Shown piece by piece: positions 20,313 through 29,236 of a stretch of DNA of 64,000 nucleotides. Each line of letters starts with the position of its first letter. Position 1 is the first letter of the stretch. Source of the stretch: an uncultured virus (IMG/VR IMGVR_UViG_3300042450_001219). Lineage: Duplodnaviria; Heunggongvirae; Uroviricota; Caudoviricetes. The notes below the pieces were generated by a model. The model did not search any database. It saw nothing but the letters and a program-made list of their open reading frames with translations, and had not been told where the DNA came from. The position numbers and the translations under genes were made by a program. The stretch lies in the IMG/VR virus record IMGVR_UViG_3300042450_001219. One strand, 5' to 3'.

Positions 20313-20707
20313 ATGTACCAAATAACAATTTCCTACGATAGCAAGCCTATCCATTGGAATAAAAACTATGATGACGCTTTAGAAGCGTTCACCGCATTTC
20401 TTTCATTTACCGATTGGGGATTTGCTAACGAATACTCAACTGTAAATTTAATGACGCCAACTGGCAAGATGTACACAAAAACATTTTATCGTGAAGGTCG
20501 AAAGGTCGTAACAAAATGATGACAAGAAAAGATTATGTCGCAGTAGCAGAAATTTTAAACTTTGCTAGTGATAAGGCGCACCCTGCTTTATTTTCTAAAA
20601 TTGTAAATGATTTCGCAGTTATGTTCGCAAAAGATAATGAGCGATTTGATGTAAACCGATTTCATAAAGCGTGTGGATACCATGTCACAAAATTCACTTC
20701 GAGATAA
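20313..20707 (+). CDS. Two small hypothetical early proteins (20313-20519, 20516-20707)
   Basis: Coupled ORFs; the second has an MTRKDY...NERFDxxRFxxAC phage motif. Confidence 0.65.
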
Positions 20708-20821
20708 AGTTAAACGCATACAGGAATTGCGTCGCAGTAATGCGGCGCAACCTGTACGCAATAAGAAAAAATATTTTAGAAAAATAAAACATAAAAATAA
20801 ATTTGATCAATGACGCTGCCC

Positions 20822-20957
20822 GCCCGTAAAGCTGCGGGGTTATCCACAGGGTTACGGGCGTTATCCACAACCCCCTGGAATTTGTGAGATTAATCACAAA
20901 ATAAATTAGATAAAGCTTGGGCGTGTTGAGCAATTTGTCAGTGGCATAGGCTATAAT
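20822..20957 (+). repeat. Composite intergenic cassette copy 3
   Basis: TTATCCACA at 20840 and 20861; CRP box 20883-20898; promoter at 20936. Confidence 0.85.
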
Positions 20958-20986
20958 ACTCTTATACCAACAACGAAAGGCAACAA

Positions 20987-21453
20987 ATGAGAATAGAACA
21001 CAACCTGAAGTTCGTAACAGAGTTTAAGGACGGCCATCCAGTAACTAAGCAAATAGAAATGCTTGATGAGGATACTCGTATCTTTATGCTAGAGTCAATG
21101 CTAAAAGATTTAGTCGGTAGCCGACTACAACCAATTCTTGATGAGATAAATGCTAATGGCTCATACGCAATTCTTAAGGTGGCAGAATAATGGGATACAA
21201 TACAGCATTAGATTTAACTGAATTAGATTTAGAGGTAGCACTAGGTTATCACTTACAGGGTAATCATTACCCGCCCGTCCCACTTTCTATGGTACAGCCT
21301 TGTATCGAGGCTATTGATGCTTACTATGATGAGGATTATAATAAGTTGATCGAAATGCCTGAAGGCGTATCTTATAAGGGTGACTCTCATGCGCCAGCGT
21401 GGGCTATTATCGAACAGCACCACTTAGACGCTTGGCTACCTGAAAGTGACTAA
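20987..21453 (+). CDS. Two small hypothetical early proteins (20987-21190, 21190-21453)
   Basis: RBS and TAATG coupling. Confidence 0.65.
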
Positions 21454-21550
21454 GGTCACACAATAACTTTCTCAAATAATGAGATAGGGCTAGACTAATG
21501 TCAGACCCCAATGCTATAATTACCAACCTAACAAAGAAAAGAGGCAATAA

Positions 21551-21733
21551 ATGACAATCAACGACAAGTTGTATCAGGTAGGCGATTTATTCACTACCCT
21601 TAAGTCAAAGAAAACAGGTGTGATTAAAGAAATCCACCCACAAACATCTGGCTCGGTGCGTGTGCTATTGGAAATGCCAAACAAGGAAACTCGTTGGACT
21701 TCCGTATCCGCTCAAACACTACTAGGCGTATAA
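21551..21733 (+). CDS. Small hypothetical protein (SH3/KOW-like)
   Basis: YQVGDLF...GVIKEI pattern; has its own promoter. Confidence 0.6.
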   Translation: MTINDKLYQVGDLFTTLKSKKTGVIKEIHPQTSGSVRVLLEMPNKETRWTSVSAQTLLGV

Positions 21734-21819
21734 TCTAAAGGCAGGGGGGTCGCAGAAATGTCAGACCTCCCTGCTATAATTACTTCATCAACCCAACCCA
21801 CAACGAAAGAAGGAAACAA

Positions 21820-22242
21820 ATGGCTAGAGGAAAAGCAATCTCGGTGAAAATCCCAACTCAGCGAGTAATCAAGGCTTTGGAAACAAAGTTGGCACAACTA
21901 AATAAAGACTTCGCATCACAAGAAGCAAACGAAGCAAAGTATAACAAGCAGGTAGAAGCGTGGAAAAAGGAAATTGGAAAGTGGGCTATTGCTAACTTCT
22001 CAAAGGCTGAAAACCTACGCACAAACTATCGCAACTGGAACAACACTCTCAATGTTGATTTTGACATCATCACAAAGGAAGGAAACTTCCCTGCTGAACC
22101 TGAGAAGGACTACGAAGTAATCCACCGCCACTCATACAATGAGATGAAAGAGGAAATGGAAAACGCAATTCGTATTCTTAAAATGACAGATGAGGAAGTT
22201 GTTAATACCAGCACTTACAATGCGGTTGCTCGTTATCTGTAA
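21820..22242 (+). CDS. Hypothetical early protein
   Basis: Own promoter and RBS. Confidence 0.75.
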   Translation: MARGKAISVKIPTQRVIKALETKLAQLNKDFASQEANEAKYNKQVEAWKKEIGKWAIANFSKAENLRTNYRNWNNTLNVDFDIITKEGNFPAEPEKDYEVIHRHSYNEMKEEMENAIRILKMTDEEVVNTSTYNAVARYL

Positions 22243-22251
22243 ATAATCCAA

Positions 22252-22278
22252 CGACCTGAGTATGTCGCCAAACTGCTC
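22252..22278 (+). ncRNA. Candidate mini H-type pseudoknot RNA motif, copy 1
   Basis: CGAC-CTGAGTAT-GTCG-CC-AAACTGCTC; loop GAGTA can pair with TGCTC. Confidence 0.55.
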
Positions 22279-22313
22279 TCCCTTTTGGGACAACTACTAA
22301 CAAAGGCAACAAA

Positions 22314-22568
22314 ATGAAAAATCGTTTCAGAGTAGAAATCTATGATGAGAACAAGTTAAATGATGTAACAATTTATTCAGAGCAAGGCGTTGATAAGGAA
22401 TACTTAACTGAATTAGCATTCTCTAATCGCCGTAACTTTTTTGGTGATGTTCGTGCTTATGTGTATGATACATTGAAGAAGACTAAGACAACTGCTCTTT
22501 ATCTTCCCGCCGAAGTTATTAACTTCAATCGAAAGAATCAATTAACCAGGGATGAGTTAGGTCTGTAA
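22314..22568 (+). CDS. Hypothetical early protein
   Basis: RBS; ORF. Confidence 0.65.
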   Translation: MKNRFRVEIYDENKLNDVTIYSEQGVDKEYLTELAFSNRRNFFGDVRAYVYDTLKKTKTTALYLPAEVINFNRKNQLTRDELGL

Positions 22569-22600
22569 AGATCTAACACTAGCTGCATATCCTGCAGCTG

Positions 22601-22737
22601 GCCCGTAAAGGTAAGGGGTTATCCACAGGGTTACGACTGCCTGTGGATATCCCTGGAATTTTGTGAGATTAATCACATGGATCAATTCGGACATATTGTA
22701 TCTAATCCTAGACAATGTCAGTGGCACCTGTTATACT
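22601..22737 (+). repeat. Composite intergenic cassette copy 4 (second DnaA box inverted)
   Basis: TTATCCACA at 22619; TGTGGATAT at 22642; CRP box 22662-22677; promoter at 22716. Confidence 0.8.
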
Positions 22738-22768
22738 TATGACTAATCAAACGAAAGGTAAAAAATAT

Positions 22769-23776
22769 ATGGCTCACAATCTAGAAATGGAAAACGGCGA
22801 AGTTGCTTTCGCTCTCCGTGGCGCACCTGCTTGGCACAACCTAGCAAATCGCATCTTCACAAAAGATGAAGAAGTTACTACCGCCCTAATGCTTGAAGAA
22901 GCAAAGTTGGCAAATTGGAATGTTCGTCTATCTCCAATCACTGAGCACATTCCAGAATCTTGGAATGATGTCTCTACCGCATCTCTTGTCATTCGTGACA
23001 ATCCATTCAATAAGGGAACTGATGTTCTTGCCACTGTTGGCAAGCGTTACAAGCCTGTACAGAATGAAGAATTATTCGCATTCGCTGATGCTATTCATGA
23101 TGCGAACGCTGACTGCCGTTGGGAATCTGCTGGCTCATTGAAAAAGGGCAAAGTTGTATTCGGCACTGTTGATATTCCTCGCACAATGGTTCTTGACCCA
23201 CAAGGTGCCAACGATGAAACTAAACTCTATTTAATTGTATGGACATCACATGACGGGTCAGTTGCTGTTCAGGCTGCTGTTACTCCTGTTCGTGTTGTAT
23301 GCCAAAACACATTGAATCTTGCCATGCGTAACGCTAAGCAATCTTTCAAGATTCGTCATACGCAATCTGTTGAAGGTCGCATTCAAGTTGCTCGTGAAAC
23401 TCTTGGGCTTGCTCTTGGTTACTTTGATGAATTCGAGAAGGAAGCGCAAGCACTTTATTCTCAGTCAATTACTGATGCTGAATTCTCAAAGTTAATTCAC
23501 ACAATTTATCCAAAGCCTGCTGATGATGCTGCTAAAGTTGCGCTAACTAAATGGGAGAATAAGGTCGTGCTACTTGATGACCTTTACCATAACTCACCAA
23601 CTAATGCTAACATCAAGGGAACTAAATGGGGTGCGTTTAATGCTCTCACCGAACGCCTTGATTACTATCGCTCAGGTCGTGGAAATTCTGAAACGCTTAT
23701 GGCTGGCGCATCAGGATTTGACCCAGTGCTAACCGCTGAGAAAAACAAAATCAAGAAATTGATTTCTGCTTTCTAA
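22769..23776 (+). CDS. DUF932 family protein (TIGR03299-like phage/plasmid protein)
   Basis: PAWHNL, YKPVQNEE, ESAGSLKKG, SHDGS, TPVRVVCQNTL, GTKWGAFNALTE; start moved to the MAHN codon after the RBS. Confidence 0.88.
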   Translation: MAHNLEMENGEVAFALRGAPAWHNLANRIFTKDEEVTTALMLEEAKLANWNVRLSPITEHIPESWNDVSTASLVIRDNPFNKGTDVLATVGKRYKPVQNEELFAFADAIHDANADCRWESAGSLKKGKVVFGTVDIPRTMVLDPQGANDETKLYLIVWTSHDGSVAVQAAVTPVRVVCQNTLNLAMRNAKQSFKIRHTQSVEGRIQVARETLGLALGYFDEFEKEAQALYSQSITDAEFSKLIHTIYPKPADDAAKVALTKWENKVVLLDDLYHNSPTNANIKGTKWGAFNALTERLDYYRSGRGNSETLMAGASGFDPVLTAEKNKIKKLISAF

Positions 23777-23784
23777 ATAAAAAT

Positions 23785-23811
23785 AATCCTGAGCAAGATT
23801 TAAAACTGCTC
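23785..23811 (+). ncRNA. Candidate mini H-type pseudoknot RNA motif, copy 2
   Basis: AATC-CTGAGCAA-GATT-TA-AAACTGCTC. Confidence 0.55.
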
Positions 23812-23823
23812 ACATTTTTTCTT

Positions 23824-23900
23824 GGTCCATTAGCTCAGTTGGTTAGAGCGCTACCCTGTCACGGTAGAGGCCGACGGTTCAAGTCCGTTATGGATCGCCA
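23824..23900 (+). tRNA. tRNA-Asp(GUC)
   Basis: Cloverleaf, anticodon arm CTACC-CTGTCAC-GGTAG, encoded CCA. Confidence 0.92.
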
Positions 23901-24001
23901 AGCGCCCTCAAAGCTAAGGGGGCAAAAAGTGTGTTACGACTCACATTTAAATTCCCTGGAATCTATTGTAAATGTCAGTGGGGTCCTGTATAATTCTGTA
24001 C

Positions 24002-24676
24002 ATGACCAACGAACTAGTATCAAGCGTGTACACATTTGTCTGTGACCCAGATGAGTGTGATTGTTTAATCCAATTAACATCATCTGATGGATTTGGCTTT
24101 CCATCAGGTGTGACAGAACTCACATGCCCGTGTGGCCGTAAGACCACATTAGTGTCAGTGGAGCATGCTACAATTACATCCTTAAACCAAACGAAAGAAG
24201 GAAGCAATATGGACGGAATGACAGTAGAAAACCTGCCTCTATCAGATGCAGAGAAGTACAACCCTGACCAATTAGTTACATACAAAGTAATCCGTGGTTA
24301 TTCGGATGCTGAATATGCTACAGATAAAGTTCGCAACATTGAATACGAACTGCATAATGGTCGCACAAATTCTAAGGCAGTCTCATCTTTACAGAATAAG
24401 ATTGGCTTAGTTAAAGATATTATTTCAGAGGCATATGCTGATTCAGAAGACCAAGAAACTTTGCAAGCAATTGCAGAAGCGCTTGAGATTGAATTAATTA
24501 GAGAGATTGAATGGTCTGCATCTATTGAAGTTAGCGGAACTATTTCAGTCAACCTACTTGAGGATACTCATTTTGACTTAGATTCAGAAATTGAAGATGC
24601 TCTTTATGCTGATTCACACAATGGCAACATTGAAGTTGTTGACCAAGAAATCTGCAACATTAGGGAGAACTGCTAA
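24002..24676 (+). CDS. Hypothetical protein with an N-terminal Cys-rich domain and a likely internal in-frame start at 24209
   Basis: Leaderless ATG 7 nt after TATAAT (23989-23994); a second promoter (24153) and RBS precede ATG 24209. Confidence 0.65.
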   Translation: MTNELVSSVYTFVCDPDECDCLIQLTSSDGFGFPSGVTELTCPCGRKTTLVSVEHATITSLNQTKEGSNMDGMTVENLPLSDAEKYNPDQLVTYKVIRGYSDAEYATDKVRNIEYELHNGRTNSKAVSSLQNKIGLVKDIISEAYADSEDQETLQAIAEALEIELIREIEWSASIEVSGTISVNLLEDTHFDLDSEIEDALYADSHNGNIEVVDQEICNIRENC

Positions 24677-25241
24677 TGTATTTTGAGTTGACTGCTCCTG
24701 ATAGGCTATCCATGGAGATGGCCTATTGGGATGCACAAATTATTGGGCTGGACCCGCAAGCAATGTCACCGTTGACATTCAACATTGGAACTGGTAGTAT
24801 TGAGAAAGTAAGTAGAATTCGTGATAAGTATAACTTAACTGAATCTTACATATCAGACTACGAAACCACAGGTTATTAAGGAGAAATTATGTCAGACTAT
24901 AAAGATGGTTGGGACGATGGGTATAAGTTTGCCCGTGATGAAATCATGGAAAAGTTATCAGAGATTGATATCAACGACATTGATTCCTGGATCCTTGATC
25001 GTCTTTCTGAGATGATTGAAGGTGGAGCACTATGACAATGGAAGATCTAACAAGATGGATAGCATGTGACCAATGTGGCACAGCCCAAGCAATGTATATG
25101 GTTAAACTAGTAGATGGTGAGCTTTTCTTTTGCGGTCACCACTACAACGCAAGCAAGCGTGGCCTTGACAAGGTCGCATACGAAGTGATAGAATTAAACA
25201 AAACGGAAGAAGCAATCCCTCAACTAGAAACGGCGGAATAA
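24676..25241 (+). CDS. Three small hypothetical genes (24676-24879, about 24889-25035, 25032-25241 with a CxxC...CxHH Zn motif)
   Basis: Coupled ORFs with RBSs. Confidence 0.6.
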
Positions 25242-25242
25242 A

Positions 25243-25608
25243 ATGGGCGACAGAGCAAACTTTGGATTCAGAGATTCCAAGGAGAATGTACTATTTCTAT
25301 ATGGACACTGGGCTGGGCATAATATGCTAGCCAAGTTGGCCAATGCTGTGCAGGCTGCAGAGCCTCGCTGGCAGGATGAATCATATGCAACACGCATTGC
25401 TATATCTAATCTAATTGGAGAAGACTGGACTGAAAAAACAGGCTGGGGTATCTACATTAATCAATTAGGAGATAATGAGCATAAGGTGCCTGTTATTGAT
25501 TGGTCCAATCAAACTTTTACACTGTATGAAGAGGACCTGAGCACGGTAGTGTTTACCTCGTCCCTTGCAGCATTCGTAGATAAATACAGTCGACTAGTTA
25601 TGGTATAA
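25243..25608 (+). CDS. Hypothetical protein (MGDR...LYxHW phage family)
   Basis: ORF; motif typical of actinophage early genes. Confidence 0.7.
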   Translation: MGDRANFGFRDSKENVLFLYGHWAGHNMLAKLANAVQAAEPRWQDESYATRIAISNLIGEDWTEKTGWGIYINQLGDNEHKVPVIDWSNQTFTLYEEDLSTVVFTSSLAAFVDKYSRLVMV

Positions 25609-25730
25609 TTAGACTAGGACTTTGGTCCTGGTTTTAATAGGAAATGAAATGGTGCGTCTATTAGTCTTTAGGGCCAGGCGCTAAGTAAAGCGGTTTATTT
25701 CTTTCGTTGGAAATCAGCAGCCATATTCAT

Positions 25731-25757
25731 AACCCCCAGCATAGCTGGGGGTTTTCT
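25731..25757 (+). terminator. Rho-independent terminator
   Basis: AACCCCCAGC-ATA-GCTGGGGGTT-TTCT. Confidence 0.75.
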
Positions 25758-25935
25758 ATTGCCCGCAAAGACTTGAGGGTAGCATGTTTGTTTTACGACG
25801 TCAAGTTAATTTTCCCAGGAATTTGTGTGATCTTGACCACAAAGCTGAATCATGTGGCATGTATCACATGCCAATTCTATTCCATTTGTCAGTGGTCCAA
25901 TGTATAATTATCACATATCAACGAAAGGATATAAA

Positions 25936-26670
25936 ATGCCAAATTGGGTATTTAATGGATTAACAATTGAAGGTAATCCTGAGCAAGTAAAATCTCTAAT
26001 CAAGCAAATGAATAAGCCATTTGTTTATTCTATTACTGCAGTAGGTGATTTATCATATGATGTCAAGCAGACTAAGTATGTTAATCCTATCTTTGCTTTT
26101 CATAATATATATAACTATAGAGATGCTGGTATTACTGATGAGGTATATCATGGACAACCTCCTCGTTCCACCGATTTTTCTCAGGCAATGAAGTTTGAGA
26201 CCAATGACTGGTACAACTTTAATGTGCGTGAGTGGGGAACCAAGTGGGATGTTGCTGTAGCCGAGGGTAATAAGTATCCTGATACAACTATTGAAGAAGC
26301 AGAAAACGGTGAGAACTATGTAGTTCATTACAACTTTAACACTGCATGGTCACGACCTCTCGGTGCTATCTCTAAACTATCTGCACAATACCCCAATCTA
26401 CTATTTACTTTATCATATGAAGAAGAAACAGGTTGGGGTGGGGAAATGGAATTCCTCCGTGGAGAAGTTATCTCAGAATCAGAATACGATAATATGTGCC
26501 GTGATTGTGATGCAACCGACCAAATGGAATACTGCGACAATGACTGCGGTGAAATCTGTGGCAACTGCAACTGGCTAGGCAATGCTGACCTAGAGGCTGT
26601 AGCAATTTGTCAGACCCATAAGATATACTTAGACACTAAAGTACCCGAATATAGAAAGGCGGAAGCATAA
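25936..26670 (+). CDS. DUF1281/YubB ferredoxin-like domain protein with a Cys-rich C-terminus
   Basis: MPNW start, WYNFNVREWGTKWD, FNTAWSRP, YEEE motifs. Confidence 0.75.
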   Translation: MPNWVFNGLTIEGNPEQVKSLIKQMNKPFVYSITAVGDLSYDVKQTKYVNPIFAFHNIYNYRDAGITDEVYHGQPPRSTDFSQAMKFETNDWYNFNVREWGTKWDVAVAEGNKYPDTTIEEAENGENYVVHYNFNTAWSRPLGAISKLSAQYPNLLFTLSYEEETGWGGEMEFLRGEVISESEYDNMCRDCDATDQMEYCDNDCGEICGNCNWLGNADLEAVAICQTHKIYLDTKVPEYRKAEA

Positions 26671-28479
26671 TGGAAGCATTTACAGATACAGTAGGAGAAC
26701 ATATCCTTGGAGCAATTCAAGTAGATATTGAGCAAGCATTATTTGAAGATTGGAATCAATCTAACTTAGATGAGGGTGAAGCATATGCTGAGTGGAGATT
26801 TATGCAATTTGCTCCTGATAACTTAAAACAATCATACAATGAATACTATGGTTATATTGAAGGAGATGAGTATTGCTTATGATTACCAGCCAAGAACTAA
26901 TTGATTATATTTATGATGACAACTTAATCCATTTTGATGACAGAGACACATCTGATGATTGTGATTGTCACATTCACATAACATTAAACACTATGATTAA
27001 ATATATGGAGGCAATAGAATGCTAGGTTATACATTAGATGATCTTGATGAAATGAGGGCTGTTGTTACTAAGGCTCTATATGATTCTAAAGGACTGCCGA
27101 CTGAAAAAGGATTAGAAAAGACAGCAGACTTTTTAGACGGGCTTTGGGCGGAGGGTTACTTTGACTAAGTCATCACATTTTATGGAGTATCTAAAGATAC
27201 ATAAGATTAGTTTAGAACAAGATTTAGAAGATGCTAGAAATAATATTCCTATTCCTGAAGATGAATACTTCGAATCAGATAGTTATTATATGGGTGCCAT
27301 TGATACTATGGAACATATTTTGTCAGTGGCTACTGATATAATGATTGATAACGAAAGGGTATATTAATGAACATATCATCTAGAGAAGTTACTTATCGTT
27401 CCGCCGTTGAACAAATATTTTTTGAGGACGGGACAGAATTGGTAATCACAATTGGTGCTCCTGCCGAAGGCGGAGGAGATATCGATATTGAATATGATTG
27501 GGTAGAAGGAAAGCCTGATTGGGCAAACAACTTAAATGAATCAACACTAGTGAACTATGAGGTAATATAATGAATCAAGAAGACATTGGGCTCCCTCCGC
27601 ACCTACAGCGTTTGGTTAATGCGGGTGTTAGCGGATTAGATATAATGCACGGAGAACTAAAGAACTTAATGCTAATTGCCGAGCAAGATTTAAAGGACGC
27701 ATTAGCACAGGAGGAGTTGTCTGAAGAGGCAATGGATTCTATGGTCCGAACAGAATGTGAAGGACGACTAGATACTCTAGTCGAACTATATCAACTAACA
27801 TATGAACTATCATTTGCAATTCAATCAAGAATAGATTTGGAGTTTGCTAATGAAGCCTGACGATAAAGATAAACTAAACAAGTGTTTAGAGATTCTAGAC
27901 AGCACTGACCTAGGTCTATCATTAGTTTGGTTGTGGACTTGGTCAACAATTAACAACATATTTGAGGATGAGACCTACAAGCAGAACTGCACCCTAGATG
28001 ACATGTGGGGCCACCTCTGTGAGGCTGTGGAGGCTGGACAAGGGTTCTCCCTGGAATGGGGAGCAGAACAGCACCAAGAAGAAGTTTTAGAATGGATGTT
28101 AAACAGGGACTACATCGTAGACCCTGAAGATGAAGAAGAGGAGGACGAAGATGAAGATGAGTGATAAGTACTTAAACGATCAACTTAGTAAGGCCCAAGC
28201 TTTGCTGTGGGGTGGCAGCGAAACAGAAAACATCGAGGCCCATAACATAATTGCTAAACTAATTAAAGACAAGATAGAACAGGTGGAACTATGACTAAAC
28301 AGTTTAAAGTATATGGCGACATCATTCAGGAATTTTACATTGTAGTAGAAGCCAAGGACAGTGATGAGGCATGGTACAAGGCAGTGGCCACACCTAAGAA
28401 AGAATGGCAAAAGGGTGTCAATCGTAAAGATAAGATAGAACCTTATCAAGTAGAAGAACTAGAACTTACAACTAAATAA
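26670..28479 (+). CDS. Run of small acidic hypothetical genes (26670-26882, 27161-27367, 27367-27570, 27570-27860, about 27850-28164, 28291-28479 and others)
   Basis: Contiguous coupled ORFs. Confidence 0.6.
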
Positions 28480-28625
28480 AGATAGGTTAGGCCGTTATGG
28501 ACAATTCGGACATAACGGTCATAATCTAAGGGCACGGGCAAAAATTTTGCTTTACGGCACCTATTTACAAATCGCCGAAATTCGGATATAATATATATAA
28601 CAAAGATCTAGAAAGGATCAAACAA

Positions 28626-28778
28626 ATGACATCAACACCAACAACAACTCGTGAGTACCTCAAGACCCAGGGAATTTCTGTGGGCAAGCGTGGCCGCTTT
28701 TCAGCTGCAGCTCTAGGCGTTATCAGCAAGGCAGCACAAGAAGGCGTAGTCTTCACAGACAAGAAGAACGTCAAGTAA
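28626..28778 (+). CDS. Stand-alone Lsr2-like DNA-binding domain protein (50 aa)
   Basis: Not in the ORF track. MTSTPTTTREYLKTQGISVGKRGRFSAAALGVI; promoter TTTACA-N17-TATAAT at 28564-28592 and a GAAAGG RBS. Confidence 0.65.
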   Translation: MTSTPTTTREYLKTQGISVGKRGRFSAAALGVISKAAQEGVVFTDKKNVK

Positions 28779-28891
28779 TAAACTAAGTGTGGGGTTCCTC
28801 CTCTCTGTGGGAAAACGGGAAAGGGGAGGAACCTCGCTTCATTTACAAATGTCAGTGGTCAATGGTATAATCAAAACGAAAGGCGGAACTC

Positions 28892-29236
28892 ATGGCTAAA
28901 GCGAACGAATTCAAAGCAGCAGAAAAACTAACAGACTATCTAAACAATGCTAACTTCTCCCCTGCCGTAATGGCAAATGTATTAACAACTGAACATACCT
29001 TATACACCCAAGACAGGCTAATGGAACTAGTTAGATATATTATCCAATACAATTCCCTTAGATTAAAGTCAGAATGGGATAAGGGATATACATCCGAAGG
29101 ATTGCTTCTGGCTGATGCTCTCAACGATATGATTGAGGCAAAATACGGGGCGGTGGATAGAAACCTAACAATTAAATCCCTTGAAGAAACAAGAGTAAGA
29201 GACCCTAAGTACATAATGGATCTAGATTCATTCTAA
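28892..29236 (+). CDS. Hypothetical protein
   Basis: Promoter at 28850 and RBS. Confidence 0.7.
   Translation: MAKANEFKAAEKLTDYLNNANFSPAVMANVLTTEHTLYTQDRLMELVRYIIQYNSLRLKSEWDKGYTSEGLLLADALNDMIEAKYGAVDRNLTIKSLEETRVRDPKYIMDLDSF

Larger units (their letters stand above)
17356..28871 (+). promoter_or_regulatory. Family of 14 promoters TGTCAG-N10-TAnnnT (RecA-NDp/PafBC-type)
   Basis: TGTCAG starts at 17356, 17694, 18693, 19693, 19959, 20936, 21499, 21759, 22716, 23973, 24153, 25887, 27321 and 28850. Each is followed after exactly 10 nt by TAnnnT, and most by an ACGAAAG(G) RBS. Confidence 0.85.

Noticed and set aside
18518..22737. Dispersed repeats read as a CRISPR array, together with the Cas4-like gene at 61489
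   Set aside because: The repeats are 1-2 kb apart and separated by genes, not 30-40 bp spacers. The Cas4-like nuclease sits in a recombination module with no cas1 or cas2.
19748..24895. Extra TGTCAG hexamers at 19748 and 24890
   Set aside because: They overlap ATG-TCA-G start codons and lack TAnnnT at the 10-nt spacing, so they were not counted as promoters.
22715..25935. ORF-track upstream starts at 22715, 23972 and 25852
   Set aside because: These extensions run through the promoter motifs. The starts at 22769, 24002 and 25936 fit the RBS or leaderless geometry better.
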